Source of the DNA: Podarcis melisellensis
Taxonomy: Eukaryota
Reading direction: 5' to 3' (one strand)
NCBI GenBank assembly: GCA_964234715.1
Contig: OZ174282.1
DNA length: 64,000 nucleotides
Within the stretch, counting starts at the first letter, position 1; every line of letters begins with the position of its first letter. Shown piece after piece: positions 1 through 12,496 of this stretch. Below the pieces are notes generated by a model. The model had not been told where the DNA came from and made no database searches. It worked only from the letters and a program-made list of their open reading frames with translations. Both the position numbers and the translations under genes were made by a program.

Positions 1-676
1 CAAAGGAGAGAAAACATCAACTTCATCATCTTGAAGTGGAGGAAGGTTTAGCTCTCTGACTTCATCCACATGACTGAATTCTCACCCCTCCCAACCCCAT
101 TTTGGTGAGAGGAAGCAGATAAAAAAAATAAAAATGCAAATTAATTTTCTACACCTTGGTGGACATCTCTAAATGGAGGGTGTCACTCAAGAGGCAATCT
201 CTCCGACACATTTAGAAAAGCATCACACAATTTATATCTTGTGCTTGACAGAGCATCCAAAAGTAATTCCATTGCTGGGTAGTCAGGGCGTGATTATTTA
301 CCGGGTATGCCAGTCAGAGCTGGGAGGCTGTAGCCCATGCAAAAGAAGGGCCCCGGCTCTGTGCCCATTTCAACGCTTCTCTGAGTCATCTTACACCTTG
401 CTTGCCTCAAGAGTCCTTGTCAGAGAAATCTACCCAGGCAACATGCTGAAACCATAGTCAACTGCCTGGCGGCCACATCCGCCCACCCACTTGGCCCTCA
501 GATCCTGGCTATGGATCCATGGTGTGTCTCTGTGAAATGGCTGGCAATAATAGCCACAGAACAGGGATGTTGTGAAGATGCCACCAGCCCACAGCTGGGT
601 CAGGTACTGGACCATCCAGTTTGGGAACCCAGGGAGATTCCTGCCTACCTGGCAGTGGTCCTACCTGGGAGGCAAA

Positions 677-990
677 ATAAGACCATAAGAAGAAGAGCCT
701 GCTGGACTAGGCCAATGGCCTATCTAGTCCAGCATCCTGTTCTCACAGTGCTCAGTCAGATGCCCCAATGGGAAACCCACATTCACCTCCTGCGGTTTCC
801 AGCAACTGGTACTCAGAAGCATTGCTGCCTCTGGCTATGGAGACAGAGCATAGCCATCATGGTTAGTAGCCTCTCTGAACAACCCTCTCCTATCTGAATT
901 TATCTAATCTTATTTTAACATCTTCCAAGTTGATGGCCATCACTGCCTCCCGTGGAAGCGAGTTCCATAGTTTAACTATGTGAATAACAC
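677..990 (-). mobile_element. CR1-clade LINE 3' end (long-3'UTR squamate subfamily)
   Basis: Starts cataagaagaagagcctgctggactaggcc (reverse complement of a ttcttatg-type tail). Related copies at 43458-43660, 53404-53762, 58550-58650 and 60910-61245. Confidence 0.75.
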
Positions 991-1580
991 TTTTATCTTT
1001 AGGAGTAGGGGTGGAGTCAAGAGGCCCAAAGAGGTTAAGGGACCATGCCTCTATCATCCTTGACTTGTAGGAGCCACTATGCTGCTCAATAAGCCCATAG
1101 CTGAAGATTGCAGTGCGTCTTCCAGGTGGTGCTAGTAGCCCAGCTCCAGGACTTACCCTTTGCTTAGTAAGATCCTCAGAACGCTCTCAAAATTATTTTT
1201 TTGCCAGTGCCCCCCTCCCACATCTGCAGGCAGTGCAACTTCCAAGAATGCCCATTAGCATCCCATCAGTCAAATCTATTTGAAAGCCTCCCTGATACAG
1301 CTGATGGCCTCTTCAATCAACCTAAATTGCCCTCATCAGCCAACAGGTCCAGGGAGAAGGCAGTTCCCCTGCACTTGGGCCTGACAGATTGCTGGGCCAT
1401 AGCTCCACATTAATCAGGTGGCTTGTCACAAAAAAAAAGAACAGGACCATCTTATGGACTAGAACATGCAAAGCAATGGGTACAGGGGAGGGGGGTGCTG
1501 GGATGGGCTGACCAGACAGAAATGAAAGAGGAGGCTTTTTTGAAGCTTGCCCCCATGAAAGGTCCCTGTTTCAGTGAACT

Positions 1581-1581
<1 letters not shown>

Positions 1582-1624
<43 letters not shown>
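1582..1624. repeat. (GT)n microsatellite
   Basis: Directly visible. Confidence 0.98.
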
Positions 1625-1625
<1 letters not shown>

Positions 1626-2202
1626 TTGAACAGTGACCAAAATATGGAGCTTTTTCATTTGGAGGAAGGTAAGTGGGGCATAATAGAGGTTTATACAATT
1701 ATGCATGATGCAGAGAAAATAGAGAGAGGGATGTTTCTGTTCCTCTATCATAACATTAGATTTAAGCAGACATTTGCCAGAAAGTTACAGTAAGCGTTAC
1801 TAGCTGTAGGAAAGGTTGGGTGTAGAGCATTTTTAGCCCAGTAGCACATTGTCGGATGGTTGCATAGATTCCGAAAGCAGGATAAATGGAGAACACTTTG
1901 GTGTATAAAATGCCACTGGAGGACCAAGCCTCAGGAGCCTAGAAGCCATATTTTTCTTCAGTGAAACCCGAATACAGGGTTTTTTCCCTATACGTTTCAC
2001 TTTGTACCTTCAATCCTGAATCTTTTCCATGATGCTCCCACAAATTATTTAATGATGTTACAATCTCTTTCAGTCAGGCCCAGCTCAAGAAATTTGGCTG
2101 CCTGAGGCAAATTAATGCCCCCTTCTTCCACATACAGAAGCTAAATGGCTTGGCAACTGAATCATCCTTCAACATTAGTAACAGGATAATGTTCCTCCAG
2201 TG

Positions 2203-2361
2203 CAGAAGTCCCAACCTGGCTCCATCACCATGAGTGCCTGGGGCCGTGGGTGCCATGCAGTGTGCATGGCCCTGACACCAAAATTTGTGGGTGCTTGGCC
2301 CCTTCATGGGGAATTTTGTGGGTGCTCAGGCACCCAGGACCCCGAGGAGTTGGCACCTATG
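2203..2361 (-). mobile_element. Non-autonomous DNA element, probably hAT (cataggtgccaactcc family)
   Basis: Homologous to 16116-16274 and 32202-32321. Flanks ctccagtg/cttccgtg match 6/8 as a candidate 8-bp TSD. Confidence 0.6.
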
Positions 2362-2839
2362 CTTCCGTGCACCTGAAAGCAGCAGGCTAATTTATGAGAC
2401 GCATGAAAGACTTGTGGTCTTCAACAGAGGGTGGGGTCTTAGAGAGATATTTGGTGTGGGCTGCTGCCGACTTCCAACATCTGCCACCTGAAGGAGGGCC
2501 TCACTCTGCCTCATAGTGAACCCGGCCCTACTTTCAGTCATTTTGAACCCTCCAGAGCCGACGCTGAGCTCAAAATATGAACATTATAACCCAAAACTTT
2601 TACACTGACAACATTCAGTTTTCTGTTTTTCCTTTAAATGTATTTTAGGAACAACAACAAATACCTTATAGGAAATTTTGCAGAGAACATTTACTCAAGG
2701 ACTGGAGGGTTATCACCAGAAAAACTTACAGGGGTGCCTCAAAATTCATTTCCTACGTACTTCTTTGGCTTGATGCCTTTTAAGGGGGGATCAGACAAAT
2801 TTGTGCAGGAAGAGGAGGAGGAGAAGTCTCTCAACAGTA

Positions 2840-3065
2840 CAGTGGTACCTCAGGTTAATAACTTAATTCGTTCTGGAGGTCAATTCTTAACCTGAAACTG
2901 TTCTTAACCTGAAGCACCACTTTAGCCAATGGGGCCTCCCGCTGCCGCCATGCCACTGAAGCACGATTTCTGTTCTCATCCTGAAGCAAAGTTCTTAACC
3001 CCAGGTACTATTTCTGAGTTAGCGGAATCTGTAATCCGAAGTGCCTTTAACCCAAGATACCACTG
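2840..3065 (+). mobile_element. Tc1/mariner (pogo/Tigger-like) MITE, family A
   Basis: TA|cagtggtacc...gataccactg|TA; same family at 8586, 16419 and 42850. Confidence 0.9.
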
Positions 3066-3481
3066 TATATGAAGCTGTTTGCATGGACTTGTATGAAAGT
3101 GTGAGCCTGGGGGTGCTCACATAAGGCCCCTGCCCTAAATCCTTGTGCCACACCCTCCTCGCAGTCCCCAACTAACCCCATGCCATGTGGCAATGTGTAA
3201 AGCCTGCACTTTGGTTCATAACTGGACTAAACAGTTGGCATCAGCAGTGAGGCATGCTGGATAACAACCCCCACGCTACCTATTTCCTCTCTGAACCTCT
3301 CTGCTGCATGCTACATGACCAGCATCTCGACAGTCTTAACGGCTGCAATGAGCAGACAAATTGATAAACCACACAGCACACAAAAGATAATTAAAAGTCC
3401 TCTCTGTCCCCACAGGAGAATCTCCCTTCAGCTAGGCTCCTGATGGAAGACTGTGGTTTTCCTCTCTCTCTCACTTCCCCA

Positions 3482-3793
3482 TGTATCTAAAGGGCTGCCA
3501 CATGAAAGATGGAGTCAGCTTGTGTTCTGCTGCTCCAGAGGGTAGACTTGAACCATAGGATTCAAATGACAAGAAAGGAGATTCCAACTAAACATTAGGG
3601 AGAACTTTCTGAGGGTAAGAGCTGTATGACAGTGGAATGGACTCTCTCAAAAGGTGACGGCCTCTCTTCCATTGGATGTTTCTCGACAGAGGTTGGGTGT
3701 CCATCTGGCATGGACTCTTTAGCTGTGATTCCTGCATTGCAGGGGATTGAACTAGATGACGCTTCCAACTCTACAATTGTACAATTCTACGTT
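3482..3793 (+). mobile_element. CR1 LINE 3' fragment, degraded
   Basis: Similar to 10204-10684; ends with a ccaactctacaattgtacaattctac tail. Confidence 0.85.
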
Positions 3794-4442
3794 CTTAAAC
3801 TTCGAGTCTGGTAAGGGTGCGAGTCACAGGGCCACAGCAAAAGGACTCTCCTCCTGCAGCTTTCAGCCAAGGGTCGGCAGCCCTGGCATGACACACTCAC
3901 CAGCAAGACAGCAACAGAGCATAAAACTGAGCAGGCCAAGTTGCTGGCCCAGCACCTGGTTGGCTCCAAAAGCTGGAGTTTATGATGACCTTCACAGCCA
4001 CCACCTTGAGTGTGAGGTGGATATTTGCTACCAGGGCTGACTGCTGATCAGGTCCTGAACTATGACAATGTAGTTTGGGCAGTGAGTAGGTGGAAGAAGT
4101 CCTACACCTTCTAGGGGGAGAGCTTGCTCTATCATAGGTCTGGGCCTTCCTGAGCTGAGAGATGGGAAAGGACATGACATAGTTCAGAGGATGTGAGGTG
4201 TGAGTCCTTTAATGTTTCAGAGATTAGGAGAAGCTTGGCAGTGGCCCTTTGCATGTGGTTTTATAATATTGTTGGGTGTGAGAGCAGTTTATGTAGCGTG
4301 GTTGACAGAGGTAGTCTCTGAGGTGGTGAATGGCTGTAGTGGTTTTGTGAAATGGATGGTGCGTGAGATTAGGTGAGTGATTGTAGGCAGGTGTGTTGAT
4401 TGAAATTTAATATTATACTTGTAGGGTTCTCTGGTTGTATTT

Positions 4443-5040
4443 CTTTATTTTATTGTTATTTATTTTTTATTTTGTATAGCCAAAGTCATTACAAAAGCTA
4501 ATATACATAAAACAGAACAAAATACATTACACAGCTAAAATAATTATTAAAAAGAGGCATTCAGTCAGATAAGAGTTTTCTGCCCTGAATTTAACTTATT
4601 ACGCACACACCCCACTTTTCTCCATAAAACTGCTGTTCTGAAGGAAAAACAGGCCACTTTGCAGAGGTGCAGGGGGACCTGTCCCCTAATAAAAAGTTAA
4701 TCAAATGCCCAAATGATCTCCCAACTGGGAGATTTAAATCTTTGCACAAGGCTGCTCTTAAGTCCTCGTAGTCTGGGCAAACCAGTAAGTAGTGGGGTAA
4801 ATTTTTAGGCACATTACCTCCACACTGGAAAACTCTCTCTTTGTAAAAAAAATAACAATCCAGGGACAGCATCCTTCGACTATGGCAGAGTGCAAAGTGG
4901 AACTGCAAAGCCTTTTCTCCATTTCACGTTTGTGTCGCTGGTCACATAGTGAGGACAAGGAGTCTGAATGGGTAGCTTGGCATACCAAGTGGCGTATTTG
5001 GACAGGCAGGCAGAAGTGCACTTTGATATTATGCTTATGG
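4443..5040 (-). mobile_element. RTE-X-like LINE 3' fragment
   Basis: Frameshifted peptides SKYATWYAKL...KWRKGF and QCGGNVPKNLPHYLLVCPDYEDLR...LINFLLGD (C-terminal CCHC knuckle). 3' end tgtaatgactttggctatacaaa plus A-rich tail. Clade assigned from memory. Confidence 0.65.
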
Positions 5041-5795
5041 ATGGGGTATTGTGTATTTTGCTATGTGAATCATTTGACATGGCTTCATTGTACCTACTGT
5101 GTATATATGCCGATGTATTTATCAACTGCAAACAGCTTCAAAGTATTTCAGAAAGCAAGCAGTCTGGAAATGGAAAAAATAATCAATAATATTTTTTTAA
5201 ATCTCTTCTGTCAAATACAGATGCCACTTAGGTGTTAACTCAGCTAGTTAAGAGCACAACAGTAGCCCAAGTTCTCAGAGAACTGAAACCACACATAGAT
5301 CGTGATTCTAAACAGGATGGTATCTCAGACACCCACTTTGAATAGCCTTTTGAATTCTGACATTTTCCAGAAGGGATCAGGGGATTATCCCACCCTCTTA
5401 TCCTTTTTCATTGCATCACCAAACTCCCTCCCTTTCCCATGCACACCTATGAGAATTAAGAAAAAACTTATTTAAGGGATAGAATTTCATAGAACTGTAG
5501 AGTTGCAAGAGACCCAAAGGCTCATCTAGTCCAAAATCCTGCCGTACCTTGTTATTCCACGATCCAGGCTTTAATGCTCCTTTCACATCGATACAATGCT
5601 CTCCAGGAACATCTTCAGCAGAGCAAGAAGTCTAGGTAAGGGTTCCATTGTTTGGCTGGGTGAAAGAGCTAGATTCACTTTAAGGCACATCATTCCTGAA
5701 CCTAACTTCTTGCCCCAGCTTCATCACACACTTACGCTCACAAAGCTGCAGGACCAGTTTAACTAGAGCAGGAAGAGGTAAATTTTGCAAGCACG

Positions 5796-5915
5796 GAATC
5801 ATAGAATTGTAGAGTTGGAAGGGACCATGAGGGCCAAGGAATCCCTTGCCCAATGTGGGGCTTGAATCCATGACCCTGAGGTTAAGAATCTCATGCTCAA
5901 CTGAGGTATCCTAGC
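5796..5915 (-). mobile_element. tRNA-Lys(CTT)-derived SINE-like element with a CR1 3' tail
   Basis: Reverse complement reads ggatacctcagttgagcatgagattcttaacctcagggtcatggattcaagccccacattgggca followed by ccttccaactctacaattctatgattc. Confidence 0.75.
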
Positions 5916-6027
5916 AGTCTTTATCTCATTACAAATTGTCCTACTCCACCACTTCTATTTCACCTCATAGGATCGATACCCTTATCTATTTAGGGTGTTA
6001 GGATTCAATGATTTTATGTGTGTGCTA

Positions 6028-6380
6028 AAAAAGGTAAAGGGACCCCTGACCATTAGGTCCAGTCGTGACCGACGATGGGGTTGCGGCGCTCATCTCACTT
6101 TATTGGCCGAGGGAGCCGGCGTACAGCTTCTGGGTCATGTGGCCAGCATGACTAAGCCGCTTCTGGCAAACCAGAGCAGCGCACAGAAACACCGTTTTCC
6201 TTCCCATCAGAGCGGTACCTATTTATCTATTTGCACTTTGATGTGCTTTCGAACTGCTACGTTGGCAGGAGCAGGGACCGAGCAACAGGAGCTCACCCCG
6301 TCGCAGGGATTCGAACCACCGACCTTCTGATCGGCAAGTCCTAGGCTCTGTGGTTTAACCTACAGTACCACCTGCGTCCC
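6028..6380 (-). mobile_element. Sauria SINE, full length
   Basis: tRNA-like head, (acc)ttt tail, and perfect 14-bp TSD ttatgtgtgtgcta at 6014-6027 and 6381-6394. Confidence 0.95.
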
Positions 6381-7603
6381 TTATGTGTGTGCTACCCCGC
6401 ATCAATTAATTTGTGATTAAAAATCTCTTTGTTATCTCTTTGCAATGAATGGGTGTTTCATTTGGGCATCGAAAGAAATTTTGGGGTGGCATTTCTGAGT
6501 TTCAACAATTTAGATACAATCCATCCAAGACAGAGAGTATCTGACGCTTCTAAGTTCCGCTCACCCCCTCCCAACAGGTGGGCGAGGTTTGCCACACCGA
6601 GCGGGGCTTACCTGGCCAGGTGCCACCCACCTGCGTCAAGGTGGCCATCGTCCCGCCCCCGGCCTGGGAGGACAATGGACTGCCGGCTGGGGGTGGGCCG
6701 AGAGCCAAGGGAAAGGAGGCTGACCCTTTGGCCAAACCTCACTTTGTTTTTTCCTCTACTAGGAAGACATCCAAGTCAGAGAGTATCTGACACTTCTAAG
6801 CATCTGCCAGAGATGTTTGCTAGGCAAAATCAGCAGCAGAGTAGAGGAGGATAAATGAAGAAAGTAATCGTTTGCAGGAAAGGGGCATGCTCGTAGTTCA
6901 CCATCTTGCATCGCTCAACTTTCTGGTGCTTCCCAGAGGCAAAATATGTCACTGCCCAGTTCCACACCCAGCTTCTCGCTGATTCCTCTTGTCACAGTGC
7001 AGAGAATAGAAATAATTTACACGACTCCCTCTCTCCCTACAACTTCTTCATTTCCAAGTAGAGGTCAAAAACCCTCGGTTTTAGAGTGCTGGGGGGTGCT
7101 TTTGGTGCCAGTCTTTGCTTTTAATTTTTCCCCAAATGCATTTCATCTAGACACTGCAACGTCCCTACTCCTGGTTAATGTACATTCTAATGAGAACTGC
7201 TCTCTTTTCTCCCTTGAGTTAACTGATTTCCTTGGGCACTCTGCAAATAAATAGATTGGGGAGGAGGGAGGGAGGGAGAGAGCCTTGCTTCAATTTTAAA
7301 CGATCTCCCCTTCATGTTGCCAGCAGCATTCTGCGGAGTTTGTCCCCTTACAAGGTCTTTGAAAGTGGCTTCTATGCTAACGTCTTGAGGCTACAGTTGC
7401 ATTTCAAAGACTCGGATGCAGGAAAATGCAAGCAGCGAGCAGAAAGGAAAGAGCAGCATTTCCAGCGCAACAAGCTCAGGTGGGGTCTGCAATCAGCCAA
7501 TTTCCATTCGTCTGCTTACACGATGTACCACAGACGCAGACTAAGCTGGATCTGTTTATGCTATACATCCCACATGACTCACCGAAGAAGGACAACCTTT
7601 CCT

Positions 7604-7678
7604 TAGTTGGTCTCTAAGGTGCTCCTGGAAGGAATTTTTTAATTTTATTTATTTTATTTTATTTATTTTGTTTTGTTT
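7604..7678. mobile_element. Short Penelope-like fragment
   Basis: ttggtctctaaggtgctcctggaagg plus a T-rich run, flanked by the 11-bp repeat caacctttcct (7593-7603, 7679-7689). Confidence 0.55.
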
Positions 7679-8585
7679 CAACCTTTCCTCATACATCATT
7701 TTGCACTTCCTCTTATCCCAGCCTATTTCCCTCTCTCCCTCTTTCTCTCTCTGTCACACGCGCGCGTGCACGCACACACACACATTATGGTTGAGAAATG
7801 ATGGGTAGCTTGGTGTTGGAATCAGGAGTAGCATCGCTGTTGGGATTTTCTGGAGCTCATATGTTAATTTTTAAAATGTTTGTACAACTGATAAAAAATA
7901 AACACAACAGTATTCCCAAAGCAAGAAAATAATTATTTACTTTGACTTCAGCTGGATAAATGGGTCTTTATCACGAGGGTCCAGTTGTTAGGATTTTAGT
8001 CTTGTTTTAAATATATTTATTGTTTTTGTGTCTTTAAACTGTTTCTTTAATTATCTTACGTGTAAATCACCTTGAGATAGTGGTTTAGAAGAATTATGAT
8101 TGTATCAATTGCAATAATAATAATTGTAATTTAAATAGTCTGATTTGGGATTGACCCCACATAGAACAGCCAGGTTTAATATTTTATGGTGCAGAAAGGT
8201 GTCGTTTACCTAGTAGGACCAGTTCCAGCCATGTTCCCAGTCTCTCCCCTCCCATTCAGAAAAAAGTAAACCCCATCAAAGTCAGCCAGAAACTTACTGG
8301 GAACAATCCAGACTCGACAAGCCAGAGTGGATTGCTTAATTAAAGGATTCTAATGAATCATAATACTTCCAATAAGTTGCAAAGGGAATGTGCTCTGCTG
8401 TTTACTCACTAGCATGAGTGAGGAGGGATAATATCAAAACAATATATCCTCTCCTACCTTCCTTAATATTCCCACAGCAGCTGCTCCCCTGCCCCACCCC
8501 CACCCCTTGGCTGAACCTATGCCCTTCACCCTGAGGTCCCAGAGCAGGTTACAACTATTTAAAATACAACATTAAAAACAACTTA

Positions 8586-8812
8586 CAGTGGTACCACTGG
8601 TTACATACTTAATTCGTTCCAAAGGTCCGTTCTTAACCTGAAACTGTTCTTAACCTGAAGCACCACTTTAGCTAATGGGGCCTCCCGCTGCTGCTGCCGC
8701 GCCACCGCCGCGCGATTTCTGTTCTCATCCTGAAGCAAAGTTCTTAACCCCAGATATTATTTCTGGCTTAGCAGTCTGTAACCTGAAGCGTATGTAACCC
8801 GAAGTACCACTG
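8586..8812 (+). mobile_element. Tc1/mariner MITE, family A
   Basis: TA TSD and cagtggtac/gtaccactg termini. Confidence 0.9.
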
Positions 8813-10203
8813 TATCACAAAATAGGGTGTGTCCTATAAATAATGCCTCTCATAGTTATGTTCACAATTTCCCTAACAAATATAGATTGCTTCATCCATG
8901 TACCTATGATTTAATTGCTGGTTGTTGATTCTGGAAAGGGACTTGGTGGAAATCTCCCACCCTGAAAATGCCCGACTAGTGCAGCTCACAAGACTAGCAG
9001 TTTGGGAAATGCCACAACTTTTATAAGATGTAGATATCCAAACCTTTTGTACCTTATGAGGTGTTTCTTTGGCACCGACCCCTGGACTGAAAGGGTCGTG
9101 AAAAAGATGGGAAAGTCGTCAGTCATAGAGGCAGCCATGGGACCCAGAAAGGAGCAGCAGAGGAAGCAATGGGATAGAAAGGGAGAGTAAGCTTAAAAAG
9201 ACACATAAGATCTACTTCAAGGATACAAGGAAAACAAATTGACCCAGTGCCCTTGCATCTGACTGGGAAAGGTCGGAAAGCGCAGAGAAAGGGCATGGAA
9301 GCGCAAATCCCCAAAACATCCTAAGGATCACATTAGATCATCAGATAAATGACAAGCAAGAAAAAGATGCCAGGACCTCTCAAACACACCTAGACCAGGA
9401 GAGAGAGGCTGAGGCCTCTGGTTCCAAATGGATGCAAGCCTTGTCCCATTAGGACAACCATTTCCCTGAGCTGGTTTCAGATCTGCTCACTGCCAATTTG
9501 GTGGTTGTGTTTGTCTCCAGGCGAGAATCGGGACTCCCCCTTCATCCCACCCACCACCGCCACCCTCACGCCTTCTCTGGCAAGTTTCCGTTTCCAAGTT
9601 TCATGTTCCTGGACATCCGACAATTATTTTTTCATTTGAGAGTTTTTAGTGCCTAAGCGAACACAGCGTGGTTTATGATCTGCATTTCCCTGCTTTGATC
9701 ATCCATTCAGCGGATCAGTTTGCATGTTTAGAGGTACAGAAGGATCTATAATGAATGCAAATGCTATGCATTAGGAGACAAGCATCAAGACATCTGAGCC
9801 TAATCCTTGTGAATCTCTTTCTTGCCCCCCCTCCCCTCCACCACTGATACAATGTTTTCATATTTAATACATACAGGGAGTTTTGCTTTTATAAATAATG
9901 AACTGATCTCATCTGGAAGGCATCACATTGATGTTTTGGAATGGGCGGGGGGAGGGATGCAATATTCTCAGAGCCCAGAGAAATCAATTTGAAATGATAC
10001 ATTAAGCGACTCCCCATATTTTTTTCAAAGTCTAGTCAAACTACAGTTTCCTTCAGTTAAAAAAAAATGGTGACAGCAATAAAGCATGCTACTTTGGTTT
10101 ACCAAGGGGAAATAAGGCTTGTAGTGAGACAGCATGTTGGAGAAAGACTTAAAAATGTTGTTTTCTCATCTGATGAAAAACTTCCCACAGTTCAAGAAGA
10201 ACA

Positions 10204-10684
10204 CTGGGCACCACAGTTCAAGAAGGACAAACTGGAATGTGTCCAGAGGAGGGCAACCAAAATGGTCAAAGGCCTGGAAACAATGCCTTATGAGGAACGG
10301 CTAAGGGAGCTGGGCATGTTTAGCCTGGGGAAGAGGAGGTTAAGGGGTGATATGATAGCCATGTTCAAATATATAAAAGGATGTCACATAGAGGAGGGAG
10401 AAAGGTTGTTTTCTGCTGCTCCAGAGAAGCGGACACGGAGCAATGGATCCAAACTACAAGAAAGAAGATTCCACCTAAACATTAGGAAGAACTTCCTGAC
10501 AGTAAGAGCTGTTCGACAGTGGAATTTGCTGCCAAGGAGTGTGGTGGAGTCTCCTTCATTGGAGGTCTTTAAGCAGAGGCTTGACAACCATATGTCAGGA
10601 GTGCTCTGATGGTGTTTCCTGCTTGGCAGGGGGTTGGACTCGATGGCCCTTGTGGTCTTGTCCAACTCTATGATTCTATGATTC
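10204..10684 (+). mobile_element. CR1 LINE 3' end, young, with open ORF2 C-terminus
   Basis: WAPQFKKD..LECVQRRATKMVKGLE..YEERLRELGMFSL..RRLRGDMI..NFLTVRAVRQWN, followed by an (attctatg)n tail. Confidence 0.95.
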
Positions 10685-11317
10685 CCCACTTAATTTACCT
10701 TTAGGTGTGTTTTGTGTGTATGTGTGTGTGTGGCAACTCTGTTTACTAGTGAGTTTCTCAGTTTATGGCAACACCAGATTGCTCTTTGGTCAATGGCAAC
10801 CTCAGCTGCAACCTCAGCTCAGGCCTACCAGCAACTCTGTGCAAAGACAAGCTACGAGATCTGTTCCACTGGAACTTCTGGGGACTGAAGCAGGGACTTC
10901 CTGCAGGGAAAGCATTAACTCAACCCCTCACATATGCATCCTCATGTTAGAATTGCAGTGCCTTGGATGAATTTAACTTCTTCTGAAACAACGTGCAGCC
11001 GCAGGCCACAACTTCATGCTTCACTTTCACCTGATGGCAGTTACCAGGGTCTTCAGCCTGTCCAGAAACAGGACCAACCAACAAATAGTGTCGTTCACAA
11101 AGCCTACAAACCAAAGAGCAGGAAGCATCTACTTGTGTGCACAAGTGGTTGCAAATTTCCCATCCTGATGCACCCTTCCTCACATTCCGGGTCACATTTT
11201 TGGTCTTGAGGGTCCCTCAGTCTGCAGCAGAGGTTTGCAGGGAGGGCAGAGAGCTGCGTGGAAAGGATGGAGCAGAAAAAAACCCAGTGCCTGCATGCTA
11301 CTGCATGTTCAGATGAG

Positions 11318-11731
11318 TATGTTTCCGAGCACAATTCAAAGTGTTGGTGCTGACCTTTAAAGCCCTAAACGGCCTCGGTCCAGTATATCTGAAGGAGCGT
11401 CTCCTCCCCCATCGTTCTGCCCGGACACTGAGGTCCAGCTCTGAGGGCCTTCTGGCGGTTCCCTCACTGCGAGAGGCCAAGTTACAGGGAACCAGGCAGA
11501 GGGCCTTCTTGGTAGTGGCGCCCGCCCTGTGGAACGCCCTCCCATCAGATGTCAAAGCGATAAACAACTACCTGACATTCAGAAGACATCTGAAGGCAGC
11601 CCTGTTCAGGGAAGTTTTTAATATGTGACATTTTAGTGTATTTTTCATCTTTGTTGGAAGCTGCGCAGAGTGGCTGGGGAAACCCAGTCCGATGGGCAGG
11701 GTACAAATAATAAATTATTATTATTATTATT
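11318..11731 (+). mobile_element. L2 LINE 3' end
   Basis: FKVLVLTFKALNGLGPVYLKERL..RTLRSS..RAF..APALWNALP..FRRHLK, followed by a (tta)n tail. Confidence 0.92.
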
Positions 11732-12496
11732 CAGCTCTTTGCAACCCTTTTATAATGTCAAAAAAGCTTCCTTCAAGTCAGAAAGTGTTCTTAATCTTGT
11801 ACCTGGGATCTTTTGATAAAGAGTGGTATATAAATTGAATTAGTAATAAGAATAGGAATCCCAAGCCATTTACCTTGCACCCGATGAAATTTTAATTCTG
11901 TAGCAAGAATTATTGAACTTCGCATGCATACTATACAAACCAGGGATGGCTTACCTCTGACTCTCCAAAAGTCTTTAACTCCAACTCCCATTAGCTCCCA
12001 CTAGTCCAGCATCATCTGGAGAGCTGCTAGTTCCCCATCTCTGATCTACACATTGGCATTATTTGTAAAAATGCTTGCGCTCCAGTATATGGGTTGTGTT
12101 GTTGTTCTTTGTTGTTCTGCTTTGGGATCTTGCAGATCTGACTAAGATTATGGGTGAGCCCATTGTCTCTGCTGCATTCCAGTTGCCTGACAAAGGCTTC
12201 CCGGTTTCAGCAGGAATTTTAAGGTAGTTTTCTATTTCTAGGATGGATTTTAATTGTGCTTATTCTTTGTAAGAGACTTTTTTTGTAATTTATGCTTGGG
12301 ATTGTTGTCCCTGCTCACCATATACCCCTCCACCCCACAGCTCACCCCAAACCCCGTCCCCTTCCCTCTGTAGCTCATTAATGGAGGAGGGGAAATGTTA
12401 AGAGAGTAGTTTGTCAAACCCCCTCTCTGAAGCACTTCCCCCTCCTTTAAATGCCACTGCAGCAATATCTAATCAAGATGAACCACTTCTATGCTT

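Noticed and set aside
1-81. Minus-strand acidic frame EFSHVDEVRELNLPPLQDDEVDVFSPL
   Set aside because: A TGA lies immediately upstream, there is no good splice acceptor, and I recognise no homology.
5845-5915. tRNA-Lys gene
   Set aside because: The D-arm is partly deleted, stems are mismatched, and it is fused to a CR1 tail, so it is a SINE head.
9660-9730. Possible pre-miRNA hairpin
   Set aside because: Only short pairing; no extended stem.
10067-10609. 180-aa ORF as a host gene
   Set aside because: Chance upstream ATG reading into the CR1 ORF2 C-terminus.
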